Positions 1-13,589 of a DNA stretch of 64,000 bases are shown piece by piece. Below the pieces are notes generated by a model that saw only the letters and a program-made list of their open reading frames with translations, ran no database searches and was not told the DNA's origin. The position numbers and the translations under genes are program-made. The first letter of the stretch is position 1. The number at the start of each line of letters is the position of its first letter. Origin of the DNA: Octopus sinensis (Eukaryota); NCBI RefSeq assembly GCF_006345805.1, contig NC_042997.1, positions 126,914,001-126,978,000 on the forward strand, written 5' to 3'.

Positions 1-150
1 CCGTGTTTCTTTTCTGTGTATCTTTCTGTTGAAGAGCGTAGGCTCGAAACGTAAAAGACTTGTTTTATTTATATTCCTGAGCGCCATACTAATACAATTG
101 TTTGTTTGTATTCCACCTGCCTTCGTCTTTTGTTTATTTTCATAAAGCTT
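1..150 (+). mobile_element. Penelope-like element 3' tail with minimal hammerhead-like motif
   Basis: Nearly identical to 52495-52645, which terminates the Penelope RT/GIY-YIG body at 50582-52645; followed by (TA)n. Confidence 0.75.
21..58 (+). ncRNA. Minimal type I hammerhead-ribozyme-like motif with variant core (CUGUUGA)
   Basis: TCTTT-CTGTTGA-A-GAGC-gtag-GCTC-GAAA-CGT-A-AAAGA: stem I TCTTT/AAAGA, stem II GAGC/GCTC, palindromic ACGT stem III. Confidence 0.6.
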
Positions 151-1749
151 CCCGTTATATATATACATACATATATGCATACATACATTCAAACATACAT
201 ATGTGTATGTATACGCATACGCATGTGCGCACGCGTACACATGTATTATCAGGTTTGATCTGACTAATCTTCTCACACGGTTACATATATCAAGTACGGA
301 ATTTTATTGCTGTCACAAAACACCATCATAAGAGTTTGCTATGCATTCACTATCTCGTTTTAAGATAGTACAAATAACAAAGCAGCGCGCATTAACCTGA
401 CAAATAAGTTAACTGCACCGTTTTTGTTTTCACAACATCTTCAGCTCTACACCCTTAGTTACCACAAAACACAATTTCTTTAGAATCACTTACAAATTAT
501 TCTCACCGCAACAGACTCGCACAGAAACGAAGAAATGAAAACATTTTCAAAAACTTTAAAGGAATGAAGAACAACGAAATGAGACCTAGCAACAAAAGGA
601 GTCAAAGTTTTAGATATTCAACAGTACCACAATCACACACTTCCTGCGCGCATGACGCTTCGTCAACGAAGAAGAGGTGAAGAGGAGATTCAGTGAAGGA
701 GTTCCTCGCCTCGATGGATATGAACCTGTATCAGTTCAGGATCAAAGAGCTGGCAGGAAGGTGGCTTCAGACGGTGGAACACGAAGGCATCTACTTTGAA
801 TGCTAGGTTGCTTTTGTTGTAAACTTGACGAATGAAGCAAATAAGTTACTAAAATATTGTAAAACTTTTGACTCAACACAATAAATTTATAAAATAAAAG
901 AGAAATTACTGATAGCAAATAAATAAAGACACAAAAGAGCAGAAAATGTGTTAACATTTGTATTCAACATAAAACACCAAAATATCAGTATATCACTATA
1001 CAGAGAGCTATGAGCTATAACAGTGAGGAATAACAACAGCAGCAACAACAGCAGCAGCAGCCGCAACAACAAAAATAGGTGATACCACACTCAGTGTCAT
1101 AGTAACAACCGTAAATTCTATATTCACATTGCGATACCAACGAAACACTCTTATCAGAAATTTATCGAAAAAATGTCCACAAAATAAATAAATAAAATAA
1201 AAATATAACAAAATAAAAAAAAAACACAAATAAGACCGGAATGTAAAAACGAAAATATATGACTTCTACCCATGATTTTTACTCCTCTTTGCATCAGTTA
1301 CCTGTACCTAAATAGCTATGGAGAATTCTAGACCCTGAAAAGCCTTAGGGCAGGACATATATACATAACAACAGTAAATTCATGTGCCATCACTGTTAAA
1401 TTCCCAGAAAGTGGGCGCTGGACAAAATCATAAGAATTCTAAAGTTACAGGAAAATTCAAGTGAAGGAGTTTCACATGGCACATGGAACTATTATCTTTG
1501 ATATGACACGCCCCTAGAGTCTGCACGCCAAACATGGAATTCAGGTTACTACAGTAACATTCAAACTGCTGAAAAACCTAACAAAGAAACATTTTTAAAT
1601 GGCTTCAAGAACAACAACGACAGCAAAAATGGCCTACACGTAAACTCTAACTGCTAGTGATCAGGGCCACCTTAGTAGGATTAAAGATCCCCGGGAAAAT
1701 CAATGCACTGAGCCCTGTGATATTTATTTATTGACAGCAATTCACAACT

Positions 1750-2330
1750 TACATGTATCAAAATTAGACCTGTAAACCTGTGGGTTCCCCGGGTAACTGC
1801 TCAGTGTGCCATGCCTTAAAACGTTACTGGCATTGACATCAACAAATGTTTCGATTCCATAAAGCCGCTATCTAGTCTTACTATAAAGTACTCAACACCA
1901 TCGTAAGTAACTACACAAAACGCTGGTTAGGAAACTACTTGTCTGGCCAGCATACCTATTTACGGTATTAGAACAACACTCCCAGAATGTACAATATCTC
2001 TGATGGAGTACTTCAGTGATTTCTCTTCTCATAGAACCTTTTCAGCCTATATCTACTCAATTTCCAGGAAACATACAGTTTCATACGCAGTGGCATTACA
2101 CCCAATCTTCAAACACTGCTGCATGACTACTCCAACATTATTTGAAACAGCTAAATACTTGGCGCCACGACTCACTTAAAGCACCACTCACCAAATCCAC
2201 TGCCTTCCTTCTTTCGAGCAACAACGGAGAGCATCTATTGATAATATAAACAACCACCACTCTCAAGAACAGAACTATACTACACACGTATACAGACCAC
2301 CTACTTAAAACGTAAAAGCTATTAAAAATA
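1750..2330 (+). pseudogene. Degraded non-LTR (CR1/Jockey/I-type) reverse transcriptase remnant
   Basis: Manual translation: IDINKCFDSI at 1832; RWLGNYLSGQ...DGVLQ*...LFSLYL from 1921; SYA-x-IT (eroded YADD); several stops. Confidence 0.7.
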
Positions 2331-2339
2331 AATTGCAAA

Positions 2340-2566
2340 CGTATGTATGTATGTATGTATGTATGTATGTATGTATGTATGTATGTATGTATGTATATAT
2401 GTATTATGTATATGTGCGTGTGTGCGTGTATACAAATGTGTATATATCTATGTATGAGTATGTCTATGCATATATGTGTAATACATATATGTATACATCT
2501 GGTAAATATATATAAATGCTTATGTATATGTACAGAGAGGGAAAGTGAGGGGGAAAGTGTGTGTGA

Positions 2567-2628
<62 letters not shown>
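2340..2628. repeat. (TATG)n and (GA)n microsatellites
   Basis: Seen directly. Confidence 0.95.
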
Positions 2629-2631
<3 letters not shown>

Positions 2632-3471
2632 GTATTGTTTGAAGACGCCAAATCTAAATACAACTTAGTTGCACACAGCTGTTTATGTAAAGGCAGGAGT
2701 GACTACCCAACAATAAATATTTTGCTATCAATAATATATAAAGCTTATTAAGTAAAACATGCTACAACATAAACATGTAGATAATCAAATGAGAAGCGAA
2801 TACTGAAGCCATTTATATGCACATATCACTTCAGGGCCAGTACATTGAATTTCTGGTATATGTGTTAAGTCGTATCTATCTGTGGAATACGAAGGTAACT
2901 AACAACAGCCACCCGTGTAACATTATCAGCGAGAGTAAAGCATAGAATATACATTGCTTCTACACCTTTTATATAAGCTTGGTTCTACGGCGTGAAATCA
3001 GATCACATGAAGGAATAATAAAATGTTTTCTGGTGCCAACCATATAATTTTAACGGGTAGACGCATGCTACGGCGTCGGTATCTACTCTTTATTTCAGGT
3101 AGAAGCAACATTGGGTTTCACCTCATATTATAAATATTATAAATTTACGTGTTACAGCAATAAGTTATTAATGACAATGATAGTAATAAAAATATATGGG
3201 TTACTGCCACCATACATAAACAAAGTGAACAACCAGAAAACTAGATGATGATTACGGATAAAGGTTTATTTTCAAAATGGCAAATCAAAATATAACCCAA
3301 TGCACATTTAAGTTTATGTAAATGAGTGCACAGCAATAAATATGAAGCTATCACTAATGCATCATATTCCAGAACCAAATAAAATACAAATATGATACTA
3401 TGTACCGATATACAGGTTCGCAAGTTAAATTTGTCAAGAAAGCAAATAATGTCCAATAAAATCCAAAAATA

Positions 3472-4754
3472 TCAGGTCATCCCATAAGTTCTGTCCGAAT
3501 TTTGAATAAAGAAAACAAGGGATCAAATGTTATATTTAATTGAAATTTAATCATCAATGTACTTTCCCTGATTATCTATGACTTCCGTCCATCTATTTAC
3601 AAGCTTTTTAATCCCATCAATGTAAAACTCTTTTGGTTTCAAAGCGAAGAACTCTGAAATGTCAGTTTCGACCTCTTCCTAGCTTGCGAAATTTATGTCC
3701 CCCAAATGATTCTGTAAACTACGAAACAAAATGTAGTGTGAAAAAGCAAGGTTGGGAGAATAAGGTGGATGGCAATTTTTTCCCACCAAGCTCTTCGATC
3801 TTCCGTGATGTGATCTTTGCAGTGTGAGGTTGCACATTGTCCTGATGAAACATCACTCCTTTTCGATTCACTAAAGCAGGTATTTTTCTCTTCAAAACTT
3901 CGTTCAAACTCTCTAATTGCTGACAATAGACTTGGGCACTGATTGTTGCATTAGTTGGTAACAATTCAAAGTGAATTACTCCTTTGCAATCCCACCAGAT
4001 AGAGAGAAGAACCTTTTCCCCATGAAGTTCTCTTCTCGCTTGTGGTTGAGCGTTTTCCCTTTTACCAAGCCACTGTTTACAGCGTTTAACATTTCGATAG
4101 AAGATCCATTTTTCGTCATCAATCATAAGTCAAAGGGTGAAATGGGTTCGCGAGAATGGAGAGAAGAGCAGATGTCAACTCGGGACTTGCGGTTGCTTTC
4201 GGACAATTCATGAGGCACCCATTTTCCAAGTTTAGAAACCTTTCCAAGTTGTTGAAGATGACGATGAACAATTGTATGGTTTGAACTAAGCTTTATTGCC
4301 AATTCTTCAACTGATAATGCAGGATTTTCTTCAAGTAATACCTCAAGGAGCTTATCATCAAACTCAACTGGACGTCCTGTTCAATCTTCATCGTCAAGGC
4401 TGAAATCTTCACTTCTGAATTTTGCAAAGCATCTTCTGCAAGTTCTTTCATTCAAGCATTCTTTCCCATAAACTGAATGTATGTTTCGAGTCGCTTCGGC
4501 TGCGGAGTTTCCTTTTTTGTACTTATAAAGCATTATGTGCCTCAAATTCTCTTTGGATACTTCTATGTTAGAAAGTGTTTTAATCAAAGAAATTTTAACT
4601 CTATCATTCTGTAAAATAATATTTAATTAGTTTAAATGTACAAAAATGCATAAAAATTATTTTTAATTCCATTAGACTTTCTAAAATACTATTAAATTTA
4701 TTTCATTCAATTTTTAAAAAGGGAAAGTCGGATAGAACTTATGGGATGACCTGG
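3472..4754 (-). mobile_element. Full-length mariner transposon (about 1.28 kb) with disrupted transposase
   Basis: TIRs CAGGTCATCCCATAAGTTCT(G/A)TCCGA at both ends, flanked by TA; ORF pieces LRHIMLY...RCFAKF, DEKWIFY, HQDNVQPH; in-frame stop at 4381 and frameshifts. Confidence 0.95.
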
Positions 4755-5522
4755 TAGAATAACCAATCCCTGACATGCAATTATTACATACATACTCATA
4801 AAAGTAAAAGAAATCATGCTCTACACTAACAAACTCGCTTGACTGAATAAGCCATAACATTCTGAAATCTCACTTGATCATGTGTAAACAACCAAGAACG
4901 TTGGAACGAATATTTTGCAATTCATCATTCAATTAAATTAAAACCTCTATATACTCGTGGTTGCGTTTTCCTAACGCACAACCTGCTCCTACTTATTTGG
5001 ACATGAACACGCCGGGATGTATCTGACTGAGCATACGAAATGTTCACTAGGTAGTCAATACTCGTAGATAACAGTTCCATACTGTCTTTCTCTTCAAGAT
5101 TGTGAAAGCTTACCATAGCGTTTGATCTAAATGCAGTGAAATTTTAAGACTTCATTTTTTATGGCATATATGGGTTTCTCCTAAATTATTATTCGCCATA
5201 TCTAGCCCCATCCATATACATGCACGCATTCATAGATCTCGTAACAGTAACATCGAAGTTTCGTCAGAAGTGGCTTAATCAGACTGTACGAAATACTTTC
5301 GTTGTATCGGTTGTATTGCAGAGTTTAGTGAACTGGGAGTTTACGTAAGAAGAGTGCTTGGTGCTGTCTGACGACGCCATGAACTCACACGGTCTTCTAA
5401 ATCCCTGTATTTAAATTATTAATGTAGTCTGAATCTACTCTTGTAGTATGCAATTTTTTTTTTCAGTAACTGTTTCTACTTTATATAACTTGTTTTATCT
5501 TATGATAAATTCTCTCACAGAA

Positions 5523-5735
5523 GGCGACGGGCTGGCAGAAACGTTAGCACGCCGGGCGAAATGCTTAGCAGTATTTCGTCTGTCTTTACGTTCTGAGTTC
5601 AAATTCCGCCGAGGTCGACTTTGTCTTTCATCCTTTCAGGTCGATAAATTAAGTACCAGTTACGCACTGGAGTCGATCTAATCGACTGGCCCCTCCCACC
5701 AAATTTCGGGCCTTATGCCTAGAGTAGAAAAGAAA
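5523..5735 (+). mobile_element. tRNA-derived SINE with Meta-domain-like core, tail type A
   Basis: A-box TGGCAGAAACG, B-box GAGTTCAAATTCC, core GTCTTTCATCCTTTCAGGTCGATAAATTAAGTACCAG, tail CCCCTCCCACCAAATTTCGGGCC; many copies in window; the Meta assignment is from recall. Confidence 0.8.
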
Positions 5736-5813
5736 TGCCAGCATGCAGTCGAAAAACCTAAACGGTGTTGTGACAAAATTAGAAAGAATTATTTATTCTC
5801 TCTCTCTCTCCTC

Positions 5814-5861
<48 letters not shown>

Positions 5862-6042
5862 TGGCACGTGCACCTTGATTGATTTTTTGCAGTTGTTATT
5901 CCGTTTATATTATAATCTCTCACTCTCTATCTCATACATATACAGATGTCCGTATATGTATGTATGTACACGTTTATGTATGTGTGTGTATGTAGTTATG
6001 AATATATATGAGAGACGTATGTAAATGTATCTATGTTTATGC

Positions 6043-6091
<49 letters not shown>

Positions 6092-7022
6092 GAGGATGTT
6101 CGGGCTAAATTTGAGGAATTTTTTTTCTCTTGGATTTTTAGGCACATAATGCTTTATAAGTACAAAAAAGGAAACTCCGCAGCCGAAGCGACTCGAAACA
6201 TACATTCAGTTTATGGGAAAGAATGCTTGAATGAAAGAACTTGCAGAAGATGCTTTGCAAAATTGAACAATTTACGGCTTTGGAGAGTATAAAGACTAAA
6301 GTTTTCCTTCAGAGAATGTTAGCTGACATGGAGGAGTGGAAACAATCTGAATTGCGGAAATGAGTTGCCATTTATCAATGACTGTTGCTCAATGCTCTGT
6401 GATTACTGTAAATTCTGTAAGACATGATATGGAAAGCTGCAATGGAAACTACGAAGCCGTGGTCAGCGGAGAGGGACACGGTAGGCTTTCTGACCGCGTC
6501 TGCAAGGTGGAGTTAATTTCCTCATCTTTTAATAGGACCTTAAGATCAATTCATGGGGTTACGTGGAGTTGCTGGAGACTGGACAATTCCTGGCTGGAGA
6601 AGGTTACTGCTGTAAATCATATTTGTAGCAGCAAGATCCTGTTCCTTGTTGCTCCTCCGGAAAGAATCAAACTGAGTTGATGGAGAATTTCTACGATTTC
6701 ACCATGATCCGTTCCTGGCCATCTAATCCCGCTGATAGTAATCACATGGATTACTATATGTGGGGCGCGGTTGAGAGAGATGCACTCGCTCTAACTGTAG
6801 CACCAAGTCCGGGCTGGTGGCCAAGATCAAGGAAGTTTCGAAGATCTTCTAAGGGACACAGTGGGGAACGTATACACCAGGTTTCGGGGCCGTCTTGAGG
6901 CCGTGGTGGATGCTGAGGGCTACTTTGAGTAAATTGTTATCTCCCAGCAATAATTGTTTTGGATAGGATATTGTGTCTTTTTTCCTTTTATGCAAACTAT
7001 CAAATTTAGCCCGAACACCCTG
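6092..7022 (+). mobile_element. Internally deleted maT/DD37D-like Tc1/mariner transposon
   Basis: TIRs (C/G)AGG(G/A)TGTTCGGGCTAAATTTGA flanked by TA; remnants WPSNPADSNHMDYYMWGAVER and TRFRGRLEAVVDAEGYFE*. Confidence 0.85.
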
Positions 7023-8479
7023 TATAATATTGCCTATATATGTGTGTATATGTTTGCGTATATCTCTCAACCATTTATGTCAGCAAAGAACATAAACGTC
7101 GCTCATAAAACCGAATCCTGATGCATTATGAGCGAAATCCCTTAACATATTTGTTATGCACCTTGTCTGGCATATCTTCGTGTTTCTCCTCTATACAGTG
7201 AACCAATGGTTTTCCCCATTGGAAATCTGTAACTAATGATGCTATTGTTCACAAATATCAATATAAAATAAGTACTGCATTATTTAATATTGCTATAGAG
7301 CATACTAGATATAAATGGAAAGACAAAGCCAAGACAACAACCCGATTCAATAAAATATTGGTATCTAATATGACATAATTTTGTCAGCGTTTATCTCCCC
7401 ACTCTACGCCCTCAGAACATCATTAGATTATCACTTCTCTAATGTTTGAGTCCTGGAATTGTATTCTTAAGGAGAGGAGATAAAAACCTTGTTAAAACTG
7501 AGACTTGTTTAACGAGGTGAAATGGCGTAAGTAATGCAATCTAAATATAACAACTCAGAAGGGGGTCCAAGTTTGTGTTAAGCTGTCATTAATTTTATGT
7601 TAACATATTTGCTTTGATCGTTGTACCCTGGGATGCAATGCAATTTAGCAGCAAAACCTATCCCTGTGAAATATTTATCGATGCTGTTCACCCAGAATTT
7701 ATAGCCGCTAGTGTATGTTTCAAATTTTTCTTTTAAACAAAATATAGTTCAATAGTTTAACATGTTAACATATTAAAATACTCTTTTTCATGCGAATGAC
7801 ATTTCCAAGTGATATGTTCTGTAAATAATTCTATTTTTCTCTTATTCAAAGCAACGTTAACAGCATTGTATAATTTCTTAGTGATTCTCCCATCATAACT
7901 TTGGCGAGTACGAGGAAATATGTGTTTCACTGTTGAAGAAATACATTAAAATATGGCCAGAGTTATCTCTTATACGTACTACAATAATATCAGTCAATGA
8001 TTATAGTTTCCCTTCAGTACATAATTTCCAGTTAGTTTTTTAGAGTTCCCTGCTGCATATATGTTAACCCCGATTTAACTAACAGCGTCGTTCGTGTTGT
8101 GCAGTATTTATCCTAATATTGTCTTTGTCACTGCTGATCCTCTGCGCTTATCCAACAGAAATTGTTACATCGGATTGGTTGTCATCTTAAACAGATACAA
8201 TTATGTTGTTACATGCAAAGCGCACGCAATAACATTAGTCTAACAATGACATCACATCTCCGTGAAACAAATTGGTTAATTCTGGTTGTTAAACGTGAAT
8301 TGTGTCAAACACCATTTACTATGTTTATTCCCGTATTTGTTGTCAAATCAAAATCCTTTCTCATAGAGTCTGGAATAAAAGCTGTGATGAGGAAATCACT
8401 ACGGAAATATACACAATTGTCCTATGATTTGGTTAACAGAAACAAAGAATTATTTAAAGAATATATTTTTTAGAGAATA

Positions 8480-9768
8480 CTAGCAGAGATACCCGGTGTT
8501 GCCCGGTTACATTCAATTGAAGAATTAGACTTCTCTGTTATATTTTCTGTAATGAACTGGAATATCTATGTTTCGAATTTCATCAAAATTGCAGATGAGG
8601 GTTATTTCCCTCTTTACACACCCTAAAAAAATTGTAATCGTGCCACATGTATCCCATACTACTGATTTTTATGCGAATATTAAAAAATTCCAGTCTTATT
8701 GAACCTGTTAAAAAGATTTTGCTCCTGAAAAATGAAGGTCATGGAGCTCTAAAATGTGAAAGTTTAGGTCCCTGTTGGGGGTGGGCATCTTAATGTCAAC
8801 CAGAGAAGTTGAATTGTTGAAAATCTTTTTAACTTGTTTGAATTTCTTTGAAATAGGAAATATATGTTCACTGGGTTTGTAAAAGAGAGCAAAGCTACAG
8901 GAAACCAAAAGACGAATGATCACAATAAGCAGTCAGTTACCCTACCCTAGTCGTTACCACTCCCAATCTAGGATTCCTCACCATCAAGGTGACAGACACA
9001 GCCGTAAGATGCATTACGAATCTATAGCAATTGGAAGGGCGTGATCCAACTGAAATCAACATTAACAACTGTGTGACGTGAGGGCTTAGAAGAAATTAAA
9101 GAGTCACCTTTGGAGTTTTCAAATGACCACTATAGTGATACGTAACTGGACAGAATAAATTTAAAATCTATAAATGTCTTTGAATAACCAGTCACTAATC
9201 TGGGAAGGCCTTGAAATCAATGTTACCATCTGGGAAATATGTGTGACCGAGTGATCATAAAAAGACTGAAAGGAGGCCTGCAATCAAATAACTTTACTCA
9301 ACACTTTGCAACTGAATCAGTGGAGGCAAAGATGCATCTCGTTTACTTAACAGTTTATGCACCACATCGCAGAAATCACAATGTAAGTGAATGTCAAAGC
9401 AAACTGTTACACTGTTGTACCATTGAATTAGAAATAATGCCCAACTTTTATGCTCGGGTAACCCTACAGCTTCCAAGAGCACAACTGTATTCGTTTTTGC
9501 TTAGATAAAATGACAAAATTGTGGGTGTTAAGTCCCCGTGGAGGTCTTTCTAACTTTGTAAGAAGATGAAATTTTATAAATATTACTTCATTTGTGTCTA
9601 ATATCTTGGTTAAAATTTCATCAACAGCAAAAATATATGAATTGTCATGGGGGTTATACTTAGAATATAATTTCCAAATTTCATAAAGATCCATTCAGTA
9701 CTTTTAACCTAGTTTTGGATCATAAAAGAAATGACTAAAATTTGGGAGTTAAGGCTCCCATTAGGGGG

Positions 9769-9775
<7 letters not shown>
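8480..9775 (-). mobile_element. Probable non-autonomous Helitron/HINE-like element
   Basis: Minus strand ends in an imperfect hairpin ACCGGGCAACACCGGGT followed by CTAG|T at about 8480; AAATTTCAT(C/A)AA motifs at about 8576, 9612 and 9677; the far boundary is uncertain. Confidence 0.45.
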
Positions 9776-9831
<56 letters not shown>

Positions 9832-9929
9832 GATAGATAGATAATATAGATATAGATATAGATACACACACACAAAGATAAATTGATAGATACAACTGAG
9901 TGGGCAGACAAAAATACGAGATACAGCCT

Positions 9930-10135
9930 AGTGCTTTTTTATGTTGATAAGCCTAGTACTTATTCTATTAGTTTGTTCTTGTGAAACCAGTAAGTTATGT
10001 GGATGTAAATAAATGAACAGGAGTTGTGAAGCAGTGATGAGGGTGAAACACAGAGACAAAGACACACACATACACTTACATATATACATACATATATATA
10101 CGATAGATTTGTTTCAGTTCCTGTCTACGAAATCC
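9930..10135 (-). mobile_element. Partial CORE-type SINE (3' part), paralogous with its flank to 12940-13145
   Basis: Direct similarity of 9865-10135 to 12880-13145. Confidence 0.65.
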
Positions 10136-10139
10136 GTAT

Positions 10140-12612
10140 ATATTGTTGTTGGCATCCTTTTTGTCTCGGGAGACAATGGAGTTGCGCATAAAATAATTTA
10201 GTCCGGCTTTTACATTTCATGTCTTAATACATCTCCTGCTGTGGCTGTGTAGTCCTATCCTGGACAAACACTCCCTCTGGCAGGTACCGCAAATGTAGCG
10301 AAGACTTTGCCTGGCTGGTTGTAATGTCATACTTTCTTGTTGACGTCTTTTCTTGTCTTTCCATTTCTCCTCTCCCTCTATGTCACTCCTTTGTGTTCCC
10401 TCTTTTACGGTACGACACCAATATCCACGGTTGCTGGCAACTGCGTCCCAGTTGGTAATATTGATCATCTTTGTTGGGGACATGATTCTGCCATTTGATG
10501 CTAAGGATTTTCCGGAGGCAGCGCAGGTGAAATATATTTAGGCGACGTATGGCGTCGTATGGCGTGTGTATGGCGTCCAAGTCTCACTTCCATACAATAG
10601 AGTGCTAAGAAGACATGCTTGGTAAATCTTCATTTTTTTGGTCTTGCTCAGCTTTTTGTTGTCCCATGCCCGTTTGGAGAGTTGGATCATCACAGCAGCT
10701 GCCTTGCCAATACGTATATTGAGCTCAGTATCAAGGGATAGGTTGTAGGTGACGGTAGAGCCAAGATAGGTAACCTTCTCCACATCCTGCAGTCTGTGGT
10801 CTCCAATATGTATGTTTGGGATGGTCGAAGTAGCCTGACCCATGATGTTGGTCTTCTTGAGGCTGAAAACTAAGCCAAAGTTGCCACATGATTGCTCAAA
10901 ACAGTTGATGAGCCTTTGTAGGGCTTCTGTGTGTGATACCAGAGCGGCATCATCAGCAAATAGCATCTCCTTGATCAGGACGCTTCTGATTTTGGTCTTG
11001 GCACGCAGATGCGAGAGATTTAACAGTTTTCCATCACATGATGTCTCAAAGGCATGTGACAGCAGCAGCGAGAAGAAGATGCCAAATAATGTAGGAGCAA
11101 GGACACAACCTTGCTTTAAACCATATTTTATTTGGAAGGCGGCTGATGTTGAACCATTGTGCTGTATGGTGCCTTGCATATCATCATGGAAAGATTTGAT
11201 GATCCTTAGCAGCTTTGGTGAACATCCGATGTTTTGGAGCAGGATGAAGAGGCCTTTTCTACTTACCAAGTTAAAGGCCTTTGTCAGATCAATGAAGGCC
11301 ATATATAATGGCATTTTCTGCTCTCTGGACTTCTACTGAAGTTGGCGTATGGAGAATATCATGTCAATAGTTGATCTGCTTCTTCTAAAGCCACACTGCG
11401 ATTCTGGATGAATTCAAGAAGCAAGCAGTTGCAGCCTGGACAGGATAATGCGAGCAGAGGCCTTTCCAATAGTGAGATATTCCACGGTAATTGTTACAAT
11501 CACCACGGTGACCTTTGTTTTTGTAAAGCGTAATGATGTTAGCATCATGCATATCCTGAGGGGCTGTACCCTCTTCCCAGCACTGACACAGAAGCTCATG
11601 AATGTGCCGAAGCAGGATGGTGGTTTTGCCGGTTTTGATGATCTCTAAGGGGATGCCGTCTTTTCCCGGAGCCTTGTTACTTGCTAGAGAGTCAATAGCC
11701 TTGGTGAGCTCTGCTATAGATGGCAGACTGGCAAGATATTTACACCCTCGATTGCAGCCTCAGCTACCGTGGTCTCTCGTGAGTAGAGATCCTGGTAGTG
11801 CTCCACCCATCTATCCATTTGCTTGCTTTGGTCCTTGATGAGATCTCCAGTAGTTGATTTCAGAGTGGCTGACTTGGTTGCGGATGGACCGAGGGCCTTC
11901 TTCAAACCGGCATACATACCACGGGGGTCGCCACTGTCAGCAGCTGACTGGATACTCTGACAGATTTCCTGCCAATACCTATTTGCACAGCGTCTGGCAG
12001 TCAGTAGGGTTTTATTTCTTGCCTTTCTGAGTTCTTCGAGTGACTTTGTAGAAGAATCACTCTTGTATTACATCAGAGCTGCACGCTTTATTTCGATAAT
12101 TGTTTCCAGCTCTGAGAGCCCAGCACTGAACAAAATCTTGGTTTTGCCTTTCTCTCAAGCCGAAAGTATCTGTTGATGTGGTATACAAAGCTTCCTTGAT
12201 ATAATTCCACCTACTTTCAGCAGAGGAGGTTGGGCAGCTACTGAGTACAACTTTGACAGAAACAGCAAAACATTGTCGCAATGTAGGGTCCGAGGTTCTG
12301 GCAGTGTTGCTGCGTGATCGGCCCATTTTCTTGGAGTGATGGACTTTTTTAGGCAGAATCCTTACCCTGCTTCTTATTAAGTGAATGATCTGTGTCACAA
12401 TCTGCGCTGTGGTAACTACGAGTCAGTTGAACAGAATTCAGAAAGGTTCTTCGTGTAATGATGAGATCCAGATGATGCCAGTGGTGAGATCATGGATGTC
12501 TCCAAGATGACTTGTGGGATATCTTGTTAGCAAAGAATGTGTTAGTGATGCACAGGTTATTGTATGTGCAAAATTCAAGTAGTCTCTGGCCATTGTCATT
12601 CATGTTGCCAAT
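10140..12612 (-). mobile_element. RTE-clade LINE, 5'-truncated within the APE domain, disrupted
   Basis: APE C-terminus NGQRLLEFC...SWRHP*SHHWHHLDLII; RT FIDLTKAF, QGCVLAPTLF, LFADDAAL; C-terminal CGTCQRECLSRIGLHSHSRRC; 3' UTR ...GGATGCCAACAACAA. Confidence 0.95.
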
Positions 12613-12686
12613 ACCAAAACACATACACTTACATATATACATACATATATATACGATTGATTTGTTCAGTTCCTGTCCACGAAATC

Positions 12687-12867
<181 letters not shown>

Positions 12868-12949
12868 AAACACACACACACACACACAAAGATTGATCGA
12901 TACATACAAATGAGTGGGCAAACAAAAATATGAGACACTGCGTAGTGCT

Positions 12950-13272
12950 GTTTTTATATTTTGATAAACTTGGTACTTATTCTAACAGTTTCTTCTTGTG
13001 AAACCAGTAAGTTATGGGGATGTAAATAAACGAATACCAGTTGTGAAGCAGTGATGAGGGAGAAACACAAAGACACACACATAGACTTACATATATACAT
13101 ACATATACATAAGATTGATTTATTTCAGTTTCTGTCTACAAAATCCACTGGCAAGGCTTTGGTTGGTCTCAGGCTATAGTAGAAGACACAAGCCAAGTTA
13201 CCGCACTGTGGCACTGAACTGAGAACCATGTGTTTTGGAACCAAGTTTGTTACCACACAGCGACACTTGCCC
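12950..13272 (-). mobile_element. CORE-type tRNA-derived SINE
   Basis: tRNA head CTGTGTGGTAA...GTTCAGTGCC; core TGTCTTCTACTATAGCC...AAAGCCTTG; microsatellite linker and shared 3' segment. Confidence 0.7.
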
Positions 13273-13451
13273 TTATGTATGTGTGTGTGTGTATGTGTGT
13301 ATGGGTGTATATATGTATGCATATATATATATATATATATATGTGTACATATTATATGTACATCTATATATATATATATAGATCTAGACATACATGTATA
13401 CACATACATGTATATCTATAGAAATACATCTATACATATACAGCTATACAT

Positions 13452-13513
<62 letters not shown>

Positions 13514-13589
13514 AATTAATAAATAAAATAAAACATATGCATATATACATTCATATATGTACGTAGCTACCTCTACATGTATATATACA

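Noticed and set aside
3055-3090. Small imperfect hairpin as a possible miRNA precursor
   Set aside because: The stem is too short and interrupted.
5100-5350. Possible micro-exons (minus strand TTTAG|ATCAAACGCTATG|GTAAGC at about 5114-5126; plus strand TGCAG|...|GTAAGA at about 5321-5343)
   Set aside because: Splice-like signals occur on both strands at chance-level frequency, with no homology or partner exons; RNA-seq would be needed.
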